Shown: in pieces, positions 12,545-26,261 of the stretch
Numbering within the stretch: position 1 is the first letter of the stretch
Layout: every line of letters begins with the position of its first letter
Assembly (NCBI GenBank): GCA_964016885.1
Contig: OZ024743.1
Coordinates: 67,518,001 to 67,582,000, forward strand
DNA from: Eledone cirrhosa
Lineage: Eukaryota
Length of the DNA: 64,000 nucleotides
Direction of reading: 5' to 3'
Made by a program: the position numbers and the translations under genes
The notes under the pieces: model-generated
What the model saw: the letters and a program-made list of their open reading frames with translations, nothing else
Database searches by the model: none
What the model was told of the DNA's origin: nothing

Positions 12545-13275
12545 ATCTAACCTGAAAGTGTTTTCGTTGCTTTGGTGCTGTGGCTAGGCTTAGCTGTCTA
12601 GTTTTCAATTTGTCTTGCTTTCTAACGTGTTATTAATCTGAGCCCCAGCTTCATCGAATGTTTGGCTGCATATTTTTAATTGCATGAGGTTAGCTTGGCT
12701 GCAGTGGAAACATCGATCTCATTAAACTTCCATTTGTATTATTATTTCCTAGGCCTTATAATTAATTAATCAATTTAAGTAGACAATTCTATTGATTGAT
12801 TAATTATTCATGTTTGTTTAATAACGCCTGGTTGAGAGCTTCTTCCTCGGTCTGTAAGGAAATCAGTTCCTTTGTCTACATTTTGAAATTGCCCTCCAAA
12901 AACCTGGGATTATTTCCCTTGTTAAGGAAAAAGCACGTGATAGTGAAGCCTTGACCGCGGCTACTAGCAGTAGCGTACTGCTTCATCTCACACCAGTTCG
13001 AGGCACAGAACGGAAACCTGTTGATAACATGGGTCCTCAGTTCGGTCATCAAACACCAAAACTTGCATACTTGCGCAAGTAGGATTGTTGATTTTGAATT
13101 CATTGAAACCTATGGGGGGCACTGCACAGTACCTTCCAAGACTGTCCAGGTTTGTTATTCAATTTGTCTTGCCATCTAACGTATGTTATTACTCTGAGCT
13201 CCAGCCTCATTGCGTGTTTGGCTGCATTCCTATTGGCTACAGCCGAAACTTCGATCTTACTAAACTTCGATTTGT
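12545..13275 (+). repeat. Old dispersed repeat family with ~550-bp internal period
   Basis: ttcaatttgtc..gc..tctaacgt..gttatta.tct..g...aaac.tcgat.t.a.taaactt block at ~12605 and ~13158; also at 22438-22575 and 29058-29197; downstream part homologous to 24990-25340. Confidence 0.65.
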
Positions 13276-13292
13276 ATATATATATATATATA

Positions 13293-13354
<62 letters not shown>

Positions 13355-13905
13355 TGTGTGTTTGTGTGTATGTATGTATGTATACATGTATGTTATAGAG
13401 GTTGATTGTCCTACGTTTCATATTATATGGTTTAGTCAGCTTACACCATTGCCTACATATTGACTTGTAGCTGTCTTTCGCTTCGAAACTAATACCAGAC
13501 AATATCGTAGAACAAATACTGTTCTGCTGTTTATGTTAGTGTAGAAAACGTGGTTAATTTATTGGCACTCATCAGTGTTTGGTCATAACTTTGGTTTTGG
13601 TTTTGTCAGAAAATGCAGCAGTTTCGAAAATTCAAAGTTTGTTAAATATTTGTCCATCATGCTGGGATTTATTGGAATGCTTTAAAAAAAAAAAAAAAAA
13701 AAAATCCAAACTTATCATATATCTTGGTGAATCCCCGCTTCATTTTGTGGAATAAACAACACCGTGAAGCTCGGTGTTACACTTTAAAAGATTCAGTTCA
13801 GATTGGAATTAATATGTACATAATCTATTTTGTGTATTGAAAGTTTTTTATATATAAGTTTTTTTATATATTCGGTCTCTCCCTCTCTCTGTACACACAC
13901 ATCCT

Positions 13906-13992
<87 letters not shown>

Positions 13993-14032
13993 ACACACAC
14001 ACACACACAAGCACATACACACACACACACAT

Positions 14033-14103
<71 letters not shown>

Positions 14104-14251
14104 AAGAGAAATACTCACGCTAGCATATACATACTTCATACAGACGTTCATGAACAGCTATATGTTCTTGCATACTTTAAATCGTTTTAGTTGTCTGATT
14201 ATATATATACTTTTATTTTTGTGAGCACACACACACATGTGTGTGTGTGTG

Positions 14252-14314
<63 letters not shown>

Positions 14315-14596
14315 ATATATTCACTCACAATAATACAAGTATGTACTATCGCCATTAAGCCTGTGTATTAGCCGCTATGAGATCACTTCCCGCTGTTTAC
14401 AGTGTTATTGTTAACAGCGGGAACACATCTCATCATTGACCAAGACAACCACAGATATCGGACAGATTGTAAAAACAGATTCTACGAGAAAGCAATTGAT
14501 TTACATTTAGTGAAAGCAATGTGAGAGTACGATTGTTGGATGTTGTTTGAGTCGGTTAATGTGAGGGTGTTGGTGATTATATATAGTTTTACACAC

Positions 14597-14649
<53 letters not shown>

Positions 14650-14720
14650 ATCCATATACTGTACCGATTGTGTTGTTATTTATATTTACCTTTTACACGC
14701 ACACACACACACACACACAC

Positions 14721-14779
<59 letters not shown>
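14721..14779. repeat. (GATA)n microsatellite at the 3' flank of the Tx1 element
   Basis: About 14 perfect GATA units. Confidence 0.95.
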
Positions 14780-15454
14780 TTTATTTGCCACAAGGGCGCA
14801 CAAGAAAAGGGGACAATACAAAGACATGCTGGGGATTTTACATACAGTCGTGTAAAAAATGTAAAACAAACAATTACAACAATCGAAATCCCCAAAAGGG
14901 GGGTAGCGCCACAAATGGATAGTTTAATACCCCGTCGATAGAACAACCCTCAACTCCAGGAGCTTGTTGTGCAAGTGCTGATTTCTTCCTTTTGCTCTCT
15001 TCTTTAACCTACAGGCATAAACAGCCGGGCCATTTTTGCCACATTCACCCACCTTTCCGTAAATGTACTGGGGTGCAGTGCCTCTCTCTCCACTCTGATT
15101 CTCCTTCTAAAGTGATACTTAAAGAAGGGAATCAATTGTCCGGAGAGAAAGGCATCTGTCCTCAGTCTTCTCAATCTCGTCCACCATATAACTTATTTCA
15201 CCATAGCCACTGTACAGAGGAAACCGCCTTCCTTTCGTTTTTGAAAGAGGCTGGCGGTTTGATCCTTACTATGGACTCGGCAGTTAACTGGATTTGTCCC
15301 ATACGCGACAGCAGTTGTTCTGCAGAGTTCCACAGGTCGGTTACGCCCGGGAAGTGTACAATTGCGTGCAGGACTGTTTAAATGTCCTGCGCGCATCTTG
15401 CACACGTCCTTCTTGGAAGGAACCCTGCCGGGGCGTCCGTGCCTGTAGATCATG

Positions 15455-17270
15455 TCACGGGCTGGTAGAGCTCCTCGGTTTCACTGCCAGACACCTCTGG
15501 AAGCTGTCCATACGTCCCGAGCGGAAAGTCCTACCAAACAGACTGGTAAACTCATTGTCTTCGACGCCCAGAGTCTTTCCGAGCACGTCGTCGCCATTGT
15601 AACGTACAGTCCCTCTATAGAATGTCGAAGTGGAGTCTCCACTGATTGCTGTGCCTGCTTGCCAGAGGACTGTGAGCGCCTGAGCGCATTCAATATGCCA
15701 GGCGCCCATCGTTTTCGGTCTTTTCTCGACCCAGCACTGCAGCTCCGTCAGCGAGACGAGTTGCGGGAAAGCCTGTCTCACAAACGGTGCCCACACCGGT
15801 TGGGGGTCGGTGAGGAATACCTGGAGATGCCGCAGGCTCAGCGCATGTTTGCGCATCATCAGCCACGGCATTCCCAGCCCTCCGTTGAAAGGATGCTGAC
15901 AGCAGACGGATCTCCTCACCAGCGGAGCATGCTTCTTCCACAGAAACTGGAAGAGCATACGTTCCATCTTGGCGAGGTGTTCACGGGGACAAGGTACGAC
16001 AGTCAAGCGGTAGTAGATAACGGACGCTATGAAAGTGTTCGCCACCTCCGCTCGACCTTTCAAGGACAGTTTGCACTCTGCCTACTTCTGGGTGAGCGCA
16101 AACACCTTGGCCGTGACCTCGTTCCAGTTTTTCTCCTTCTGGATGTCTGGACCGAACCAGACCCCGAGCAATTTTACCGGTCCGTCCGTCCAGCGTCCAA
16201 CGACGCTGTCGGACGTTATCCGTTTGCCACTCCAAGTACCGAGTTGCAAACCGACAGACTTGTCAGGGTGTAGTTTTGCTCCCGTCAGCGTTTCGTATTC
16301 TTTCATTAAGTTACCGATCACCCCGATTTCCGAGATGCTCGACACCATTACCGTCACAACGTCGGCATAAGCCGCCGCCGCTTTTCGCAGTCCCGTTTCT
16401 AGAGGGATTCCCTGAAGCAGCTCCAATTTCCGGAGTAGTGGCTCTAGAGTTAATACATACAGAATGGAGAATAGAAGGTACCCCTGTCGAATTGAACGCG
16501 CGATTGTGAACGGCTCCGATACGTAGCCGTTCACCTTGACCCTTGAGCAGATGCTGGTGTGCATCGCCTCGATCCAGCCTCTGAAAACGAGACCGAACCG
16601 GCCACATTGAGAACCTAGAGCACATGTTTTGCTTCTGACCACGCTGCCTTCGTGTTTCGCGTCGAAGAACTGGTCCAGTGCCGTTCTCTACGCTAACACT
16701 CTAGCCGTGTTGCCACTTCTAAGTGCCTCCTCTACCTTGGCTACTAGTTATCTTTCTATTTTGTTTTTCTCTAAGGCTAACTCTCTGCTAAACCCTATCG
16801 ATTCTACTCTAATTGCTTTCTTGAGAGTGTACCACCATCTATTTTTGACGATGGCTCCCGTTAACTGTTGCTTGACTAGTCTACTTATCCGTTCACTGTA
16901 AGCGTTACGTGCCGGCAACGACACGTTCAGCTTCCAGTATCCGGGTTCCTGTCTATGTGTTCTGTCACGGTTGACTATGCAGACGACTAATTTGTGGTCT
17001 GAATAGGCAACCATGTTCATTCGTGGACAGCTTAATATCTTCTTGTCCCTTTCTCTAATGAAGAACCTATCTAAATACGATCTACATGTCCCGCTGCGGT
17101 TTGCTCACGTCCACTGTGGTGCAGTCGGGAAATCCAGTCGATACCTATCGGCCAGTTGGAATTGGCCGATTAAAGTTTTAAGGCTGTTGCACCCCTCTCT
17201 ACTGGGATATGCTCCCACTTAGTCCCATCGTGCATCTAGGATACCATTCCAGTCCCCCACTAAAAGTAAG
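15455..17270 (-). pseudogene. Disrupted ORF2 (APE endonuclease + reverse transcriptase) of the Tx1 element
   Basis: ORFs 16748..17020, 16082..16642 and 15455..16063; EN N-terminus and early RT motifs are missing (deletions near 17270 and 16630). Confidence 0.85.
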
Positions 17271-18737
17271 GAGCGAGACGTTCCCAGAAAAGACTGTTTG
17301 GGGTGGTGTGGGTGTTGGTTTTGCTGATAGGGGATGTTTGACTGTGGCATTGTTTGTGTTGTTGTTGTTTGTGTCTGTGGTTGTGTGTTGGTGTTGGTGC
17401 TTGTGATTGGAGTTTTGGGGGTTTTGTGGTGTCTCTTTTTTGTTTTTTTAGATTTCCGAGGCTCTCCTTCTTCTTCACTTAAAGAAGAAGAAGCAGCCTC
17501 ATATGTTGGTGAATAAACATCGTCAGGAGTGTGGGGTAGCGATATGTTGTGGGGTGGTGGTGTTTCGGTGTGTGTGTTTGTGGAGTATTTGATGGAGTGA
17601 GATGGGGTGGGGCCATGTTCTTCAGGGGTGTTGTCTGTGTTTTTTCTGTTGTTGTTGGTTCAGTGGCTGTTTGTTTTGGTGTGTTTGCTCGTTTCGTCTA
17701 TTGTTATACTTGTGGTGATGGTTGTTTTGGTCTTGGTGTTGGTAATAGTGTTTTGTTTAATGATATTGTTGTGGTGTGTTTGTGAAGGACAGGAAGCCTT
17801 TAGATGTGTTGTGCTACCACAGCGATAGAATGAAATTTACGCCCCTCCACCGAAATGTTTATTTAGTTGTTGTCGATGACGACTTTTTCTGATATTTTGG
17901 AGATTCTCTCAGATCTCATCTGCATCAGAATCTTCAAATCAGTACCCGCCCACCTTTGTCTAATAGACTTTCGTATCGAAATAATCATATCAGTCTCTGG
18001 CTCTACGAAGCCAGCCAAGATCCACCAGATGTTAATGTTTGGTGGTATATTTTATTTTTTTATTTTTTGTGTCTTTTTCCCATGTACGTAGCGAAAAAGG
18101 TGAATGCTTTTGACACCATTGGTGTCACAGAATGTTTTGGGGCGAGTGCCTCGCTTTTAAACAGTACGGAAATACTTCCATACTGTTTTGCTCGTTGGAG
18201 AAAGTCAATGTTTTCTAGAGTCTCCTTTAAGGTGGCTTCTAAGTCCCCTTGATGCACAAATATTGGCTTTCTCGTTGTGTTGGAGACAGTCCAGAAGGTA
18301 AATGTCCTTCGAACTGTCTCTACTTTTATTTCCAGGGTTGAGTTGATTATAAACCCACCCTTGTCTTCGAAAGGTACGACATGTTCTCCCTTGCTAGAGC
18401 ATATCACTTGCATTGGAGATGTCAAGATTTGCAAAATCTTGATTTTTGTTCACTGTTTCAGAGAAAGACATTTTTTTGTGGTGGTGCTGTTGTTGTTGTT
18501 GTTATCGTTGTTAGCCTCGGTGTTGGAAATCGAAGTTTCTTGACGAGGTGAAATTTTATCTGTAGATGTATCTGTGGAGTTGTTGTTGTTGGCTGTTTCA
18601 TGAGTATGATATTTAATAGGTTTAATTCCTCTATGTTGTGTGTTATTTTTCTCCTCTTCAACGGTAGAAATTTTTAAGTGTTCAATTGGCAATATATTTT
18701 TTTCCTTGTTGACAGTCGTATCCATGGCGACGTCCAT
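17260..18737 (-). pseudogene. Disrupted ORF1 (RRM-like region + CCHC knuckle) of the Tx1 element
   Basis: ORFs 18450..18737, 18060..18434 and 17260..17478, plus the knuckle motif. Confidence 0.65.
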
Positions 18738-19041
18738 AGTAGGAAAAAAAACATGACATTAATATCTGCCTTTCTACCTCTCTTATCTCTGTTAACGTTC
18801 TCCGGCATTCTTTCCTAATTATTCATTTTTTATAGTTGGCAAATTTGATTTTTTAAAAACATTTTTTAAATTAAAATTTCGCCCCTAAATGGGCAAAAAA
18901 TGGGATTACCACCCAGCTGACAATTCAGCTTTGGGCTTAATCTGCAAAAGGATATGTTTTTTCAAACGATTAGTCGTTTTTTTTTGTATAGAAATTAATA
19001 AAAAAAGCTTACCGGCGATGTTCCACGCATCAGGCAGATAA

Positions 19042-19044
<3 letters not shown>

Positions 19045-19080
<36 letters not shown>

Positions 19081-19081
19081 T
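19045..19081. repeat. (GATA)n microsatellite at the 5' flank of the Tx1 element
   Basis: About 9 GATA units, same strand as 14721-14779. Confidence 0.95.
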
Positions 19082-19265
19082 ATGTTTAAACCATTGCAGG
19101 GGCTCCATTTTATGTTCAACATTGAATATACTTATTCCATTTACATATGTCTCAGCTTCTTCAAATTCCTATTTCTATTTCTGTACAATTATTCTGTACA
19201 TACATATATATATCAACCTCATATATTCTTATCTCTATATATATGTATATATAGTGTATCTGAAA

Positions 19266-19417
<152 letters not shown>

Positions 19418-19888
19418 TTATGAATAAGTATCATTGTAAAAATCTTCATTACTTTAATTTTGCAATATTTAGTTTCGATATTATCTATTTCAGTAATCGA
19501 TTATTCACTGTAAATCCATTTAATCTATATTATATTTTATAGTAATTGTAAAGCACTTAAGAAAACCTATGTGGTTACATAGTTTGGATAATCTGAAAAT
19601 TTTAATGTTGTTATACCGACACTTTATTTTTAATATATAGTTTGCTTTTAACCTTGTGATACGAAGTTACACTCTCCTCAGCTGGGAACACTTAACTTCA
19701 TTTAAAACCTCAGTAAATACTTATAAACGCATAGATAGATATATACACTGACAAAGTCACACATACACATACACATATCTACCAATACACCATGCACGTA
19801 CATACACATTTTTCTTTCTCTATATACATCTGTTGTGCTAGAGCGACAAATGAAATGCTAATGTTATATATATATATATATATGTATG

Positions 19889-20035
<147 letters not shown>

Positions 20036-20301
20036 TTACCGATGGATCTTTACACTTTACGCCCACATGCATTCATAAACGTACTCCGACAAACATACAC
20101 GCAACTATAGCGATTTGATTGCGTATGTGATCGTACCTATGATCGTAGGTGTATGTATGCATCTATTTAAACTTATTTAAAATTCACGAGTTTATCTATT
20201 TCTGACTCTCTTCAGATACTTACGTGCACAAATAAACCACTCACGCACACACACATACACACACATACACACACGCAAATACACACACACACACACAAAC
20301 G

Positions 20302-20336
<35 letters not shown>

Positions 20337-20497
20337 GGTTAAAAGGTAAGAAAATGAAGACCATTGAAACTATTATTAAACTTAGTATATTATACTTCAA
20401 AGAAAGTAGAGGATAGATATTAATACATGAATAAATAATGTCTGTCTGTTTGTGTACCTGTCTTTCGTTCTCACTCTCTCCCTCTCTTTCCCTCTTC

Positions 20498-20591
<94 letters not shown>

Positions 20592-20616
20592 CATATATAT
20601 ATAGCGAGTGACAGAG

Positions 20617-20737
<121 letters not shown>

Positions 20738-20879
20738 AAAGTTAAACAAGGTTCAATGAATACATCAAAGAATGAGTTTTACAATAGATTGGAAGCACTC
20801 GACCGTGAAAAAAAGGTTTTCCAGAGTTATTAATATTAATTCAAAATATTAACAAAATAGATATTCTCGTGATCAATTA

Positions 20880-20946
20880 TATTTTATTATACATATTTCA
20901 CAGGTACTGAGTTAAGTTCAACAGTACGTCCTCATCAGATAAAATA
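20880..20946 (-). ncRNA. Minimal type I hammerhead ribozyme (H1-related stems I/III, different stem II)
   Basis: Reverse strand tattttat-CTGATGA-ggacgtactg..cagtacctgt-GAAA-tatgta-TA-ataaaata; lies in a (TA)n-flanked unit 20735-21145. Confidence 0.8.
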
Positions 20947-21140
20947 AGATGATGCATGACATAACCTGACATAGTAGATGGTTAAGATTCAGTCATGGTA
21001 GTGATTAACATATGACAAAACTCAATATGTATACCCTAATGTTGAGAACATGGGATAACATAATACAAACAATAGAGAGAGTGCGTGTAATACAGCATAA
21101 AAAATACATGGCATCAATATAACAGTTATAAATTGAAAAA

Positions 21141-21197
<57 letters not shown>

Positions 21198-21369
21198 GGA
21201 GGTTCTATGGGGTTTCGGCTTGTGTGTTTAGCAAATCTTTTCAAGCTGAAGACAAAAGCCGGGATTTTACATATCTCTATACCCTCTCTACATCTCCCTA
21301 TGACTAATTATTTTCCCGGTCTAAACAGACTCTCTCTCGCTCTCTCTCTCTCTATCTCTCTCTCACTTC

Positions 21370-21409
<40 letters not shown>

Positions 21410-21414
21410 CTGTC

Positions 21415-21476
<62 letters not shown>

Positions 21477-21960
21477 TCTCTCTCTCTCTTCATATAATAT
21501 ACTTGTCTACACTTACGCACACATATGTTTTACTAATTGTATGACAAACTATTGTTAGCTACCATCTCCCCTTTACTGATGCACTGACTCACATCATAGG
21601 CTTATAAGATGGGGAAGACATGCTCCAACATAACACAACCAAAAGCTCACATCTAACGCACCAATTACACTTAAATCTATGGCACAGCAGCATCGGTAAC
21701 TGAAGAAATATAGGTTCATCCGCCTATATCAAACATTCTGGGTGACAAAACTACAGATTTGACGGTATGTCGTTGTTGCACACGATATTGCGATAACCTC
21801 ATCGACATATACAATGTCTCTATCTAGTTCCACGGTACCCACGCTATGGCCCGCGGTTGGTGGGATGGAGTTTAAAAATAAACAGATGTTATATATGCGA
21901 CACAAGAGACAATTTCCATCTTTCGTTGAATATGTGTAATAATCTGTATACAAAGAAAAA

Positions 21961-22140
21961 TAATTGTTTCTAGTTTTGGCACAAGGCCAGCAATTTTCCT
22001 AGTGTATTACTGGTACTTTTTTATCGACCCCCGTCAGGATGAAAGGCAAAGTTAACCTCGGCGAGTTTGAACATAGATCATAAAGGGCCGTAACTCTTTG
22101 CTGCAAAGCATGGCGTCCGACCCTCTACCGATACTGCCAT
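21961..22140 (-). mobile_element. Family B SINE (short form)
   Basis: ttggcacaaggccagcaat...tatcgaccccc...ctctaccgatactgcca. Confidence 0.85.
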
Positions 22141-22581
22141 AATGATTTCTAGATATTTATTTCGATGATCTTTAATTTTTTTTAGTCTGTTTGTAATTTT
22201 AAATGCAAGAGATACCTGAAATTATGGTTGATGCTTAACAAGGCAAGTTAACTACAATTATAACAAAGACACGAACGTATATATATATGAGCGTGTCAGT
22301 TACGTAAGTTGGATAATTGATTTCGGATTCATAGAAACACTTTAAACGTATATCGTTGATTTGTCCAGATCTATCTTTTTAACCTGTTAGTTTTTTCGTT
22401 ACTTTGGTATTGTGTGTTACGTTTTGCCTACCACAATGTTCAATTTGTCAAGCTATTTAAATGTATGTTATTAATCTCAGGACCTACCATTATTGAGTGC
22501 TTTGCTAACTCATTCATATTGTAGGTCGACTTTGCTTGCCCACTGCCAAAGCTTCGATTTTACTAAGTTTCCACTATATAT

Positions 22582-22676
<95 letters not shown>

Positions 22677-23432
22677 CATTAGAATATCTGACTGATAAAA
22701 TGACAAGTCAGTCAATCGTATTGGTGGCTTCCCCATCCTCGGCAAGGGAGACGCAATTGTTTCTACATTTGACAGAAGGCCAGCAGAGAGACGATTGCCC
22801 CAACTACCCTCCCAGGAATAAGTGGGCAAAGAAGAGGAACAACAACACCCCCATAACATCACATACGAACCCAAATAAAAATAGAATTAATCTAGCCCCT
22901 ACATCGAGAACGTGAGACTCTCTTGACCCCACCATCGTCGCCGTCATCGCCAACATCAGAAGTCTCACAATTTGTCCCCTCGCCAGAAAATTAAACATAT
23001 CCACCACACTGATTGACCACAACACATCACACACACTACACTCATATTCACTGACATCGAAATAGACACGTACGCTCAGCACCACACACACACATAATCA
23101 CACGCACACACACACAGACACACGCATATAAACACACGAACACGCACAAACACAGACAAAAACACAGACAAAAATACACACACACACCTCGGATTGGGGA
23201 ATAGTAAATAAATCAAAATTTCAACATTAATCACCTTATTGTATATATATGCTGACTCACGCACACACACAACACAACCGCTAATAGGTAGATTCCTTGA
23301 GACTTCCAGTCATCCCTGTTTGAGACGAAAACCTAGCAAGCCAACATAAAAACAATTTACTCCATATTCCCCCCTCCCAACCACTAATTCACCCATTTTT
23401 CCACTTGCTCTACACGTCAGTAAAATTAGAAC

Positions 23433-23512
23433 ACCGTCTCTGAAGAGACAGTATTTAGAAAGAACTGAAAAAAGATATTTCGGTTATCCACTATCTGTTG
23501 AAACGCCAAGGT
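23433..23512 (+). ncRNA. Degenerate hammerhead in a probable old PLE 3' region
   Basis: CTGAAGA-gacag...ctgtt-GAAA-cg-CC-aaggt; cleavage triplet mutated, stem I weak. Confidence 0.4.
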
Positions 23513-23618
23513 ACCAGCCGTCGAGAAGCAACTCTTTACAATACCCATGCTCTATTTTCCTAGGTATCAAGTACTTAGCTGAACAATGGACTTACTATTC
23601 TAAACTGTTAAGCCCCAA

Positions 23619-24575
23619 ACACCGAGTGCCTACAGGCGCTCACAGCTCTCTAGCAAGCGGTATCGGCAATCAACGGAGACTCCAATTCGACATTCTATAG
23701 GGGATTAGTGGAGGATAAGTGCGACGACGTTCTCGGGGAAACTCTAGGCATCGAGGAGGACGAACTGACCAGTCTGTCCGGGAGGACTTTCCGTCTAAGG
23801 CCTATGGATAACTTCCAGAGGTCTCTGGCCTGGCAGTGCTACCGAGGAGCTTTACCAGTTCGAGACAAAATCTACAAGCACGCACGCCCTGGCAGAGATC
23901 CTGCCAAAAGGACCTGTCCAAGATGCGAGCAGGACATCGAAACCGTTCTGCACGCAATTGTTCAGTGCCCAGGAGTGACCGACCTGTGGAATTATGTCGA
24001 ACAGCTATTGTCACGTGTGGGACGCATCCAGTTGTCAGTCGAGTCCATTGTGAGGATCACCCCACCGCCTTCATTTAAGAACGAAGGAGAGGCGGTTTTC
24101 CTCTGTCTGGTGGCTATGGTGAAAGCGGTAATATGGTGAGGGAAAACACCTTTCGCTCCGGACAACGTATCCCCTTCTTTAAGTATCACTTCAAAAGGAA
24201 GTTGAGAGTGGAGAGAGAGGTGCTACACCCCAGTAAATTCGCTGAAAGGTGGGTGAATGTGGCGAAAATGGCCCGTGTGAATGGGCCTTCTCTGTATATA
24301 AACCTGTAGGTTGTGGAAGATAAACAGAGAGAAGATAGGAACACCTACAAAACGTGTTCCTGGTGTTGAGGGTTGTTCTATCGACGGTGTGTAAAACAAC
24401 CCTGCAGTAACGTTCCTCTTCTATTGGGGATTTCAATTGTTATTTTATTATATATAGCTTATTGTTATTTATTAATGTTAAAGTTATTTTTATGTAAAAT
24501 CCCCGTCGTTACGTCTTGTAATGTTCCATTTTTGTACGCCCCTGTGGCAAATAAAGAAATATATATATTTATCTA
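23619..24575 (+). mobile_element. 5'-truncated second copy of the Tx1 family (zf-RVT region + 3' UTR)
   Basis: ORF 23708..24139 WQCYRGALPVRDKIYKH..CPRC..ETVLHAIVQCP; homologous to 14780-15690; ends gtggcaaataaa..tttatctatct. Confidence 0.9.
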
Positions 24576-24611
24576 TCTAACTAAAAAATCTATTCTCTTA
24601 TTTATCTATCG

Positions 24612-24656
<45 letters not shown>

Positions 24657-24660
<4 letters not shown>

Positions 24661-24740
24661 AACAAGTATGGCCCCGACGGCAGAGCTCAAGCCGTTTCGA
24701 AACGGCTTGAGCTCTGCCTTCGGGGTCATACTTGTTCCTA
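24657..24740. repeat. 84-bp zero-spacer palindrome at the end of a (TA)n-flanked dispersed repeat (24657-24822)
   Basis: 42-bp arms, 2 mismatches, centred on tttc|gaaa; family also at 29430-29541 (different inversion point) and 10500-10535. Confidence 0.95.
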
Positions 24741-24817
24741 TTACCCACTCTACTACCCCAAGTATTGAGTACTTTGGTACGTCATGTTCCATCTGGTCCC
24801 CTACCACATTTCCTTCG

Positions 24818-24854
<37 letters not shown>

Positions 24855-25808
24855 GGAGTGTAACTTCGAGTTAATCTAGGTTCACCTGGGTGAGCACTCG
24901 ATGTTTAGGTGCAGTTCAGTGTCTAGGTGTACAGCTAGACATAGTGTACGCCGAAATGCGATTCTCGCTGAATTTATATTTGTATTAATCCCGTGTCTTA
25001 CAATTAACTTGTTAATAATTCTATTGACAGATTAATTGTATAAGTTTATTTTAAAAACCACCTGGTTGAGAGCTTATTCGATTTGTGCTATTTATGCATT
25101 TTTTGGCATGTTATACACATACTGATTTCATTTGACAAAATCTGGGGTTCTTTCCCCTTGTGAATTGCACACGTGCTTTTACGCGCCTCTGTGTCACTCA
25201 CAAATTTGGTACAGAGCAAAAAACCTGTTTATAACGTGATATTCCTTCTTCGACCATTATACCTAAAGCTTATATTTTTAAGCAGACAGTATTTTGATTT
25301 AGGTGTCATAGAAACTCTGCATTTGAATTTTAACATCAATTCCAAGGGGTCCAGGTCTGTGTTTTCTTTATCATTTATTTTATTTTATTTTGATCTGTTT
25401 AGCTTGATTTGCATTTTGCCTTAGGTTGTTGACGCTTTCTTGACCACTATTTCAGTTTTGTATGGCCTCTTAACATATTATTTAGCTCTAGTTTTTTAAC
25501 TATCGAGCGCTTGCCAGTATCATATCTGATTTTTGCGTTTCATTTCGCCTTTTCTACCCGCCAAAATGCGATTCTCGCTCAATCTCTCTTTCTCTATATA
25601 TATATATATGAAAACAGGGAGAAAGAGACGATTATGAGGAAGAAAAAAAAAATTTTTTTTTCCTTTTTTGTTTCTCTCTCTCTTTTTTCTGGGTTAGAAA
25701 ATGATTAAAATGAAAAGTTTTACTTTGTGTGAAGTGTTAAGTTATTAGTTGATTTATTTATTATTTAACAATGGCATTTATTTATCTATTTATATATTTA
25801 ATTATTGT

Positions 25809-25850
25809 CTATTACCGGTTTCAGCATTTATATGCATTATCAAATGATAG
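25809..25850 (-). ncRNA. Degenerate hammerhead in the pLTR of the Neptune-like PLE
   Basis: Reverse strand TTGATAA-tgcatataaatgct-GAAA-ccgg-TA-atag; two core mutations. Confidence 0.5.
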
Positions 25851-26261
25851 TGAAATGTATTAGTGTGGTGTCGCACATGTTAAAAAGAAGGTGCAGAAAG
25901 AATAATGTTATTTACAAACAAGGTTTAAGAAATGAAAAGAAAAAAGTAAAAGGAAAAAAAAAACGTGCATAATGTGAAACGTAAAAAGTCAATGTGGAAG
26001 AAAATATAATGTTATTTACAAGCAAAGACATTGAAGTTAAGCAGTTCAAAATGTGTTAATATCGCAAGAGTGCTTAGTTGATCCATGATTCCGTGATGGA
26101 GGCAAATGGTGGACTAAGGTTTGATATGATTTCCCTTTTTAGAGAGTTAATATGCAGGGGGAAGCAATTGTTGCTGGGTGATATTTAATTTATTTAAGAA
26201 AAAGGATTAGGTAGGGGTGTGGGAGGTAAATCTTGTAAATGTTTGATGGTTTGTTGCAGTT

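Larger units (their letters stand above)
14780..19044 (-). mobile_element. Tx1/L1-clade non-LTR retrotransposon, near full length, frameshifted and internally deleted
   Basis: ORF1 pieces 18737-17260 with a zinc-knuckle remnant YRCGSTTHLKASCP (~17790-17830); APE motifs GDWN (~17240-17255), YSDHKLV and GYWKLN; RT IRQG and AYADV; C-terminal zf-RVT-like region; 3' end aataaat directly followed by (TATC)n. Confidence 0.9.

Noticed and set aside
15452-16273. 273-aa plus-strand ORF
   Set aside because: Antisense shadow of the GC-rich Tx1 ORF2; no independent motifs.
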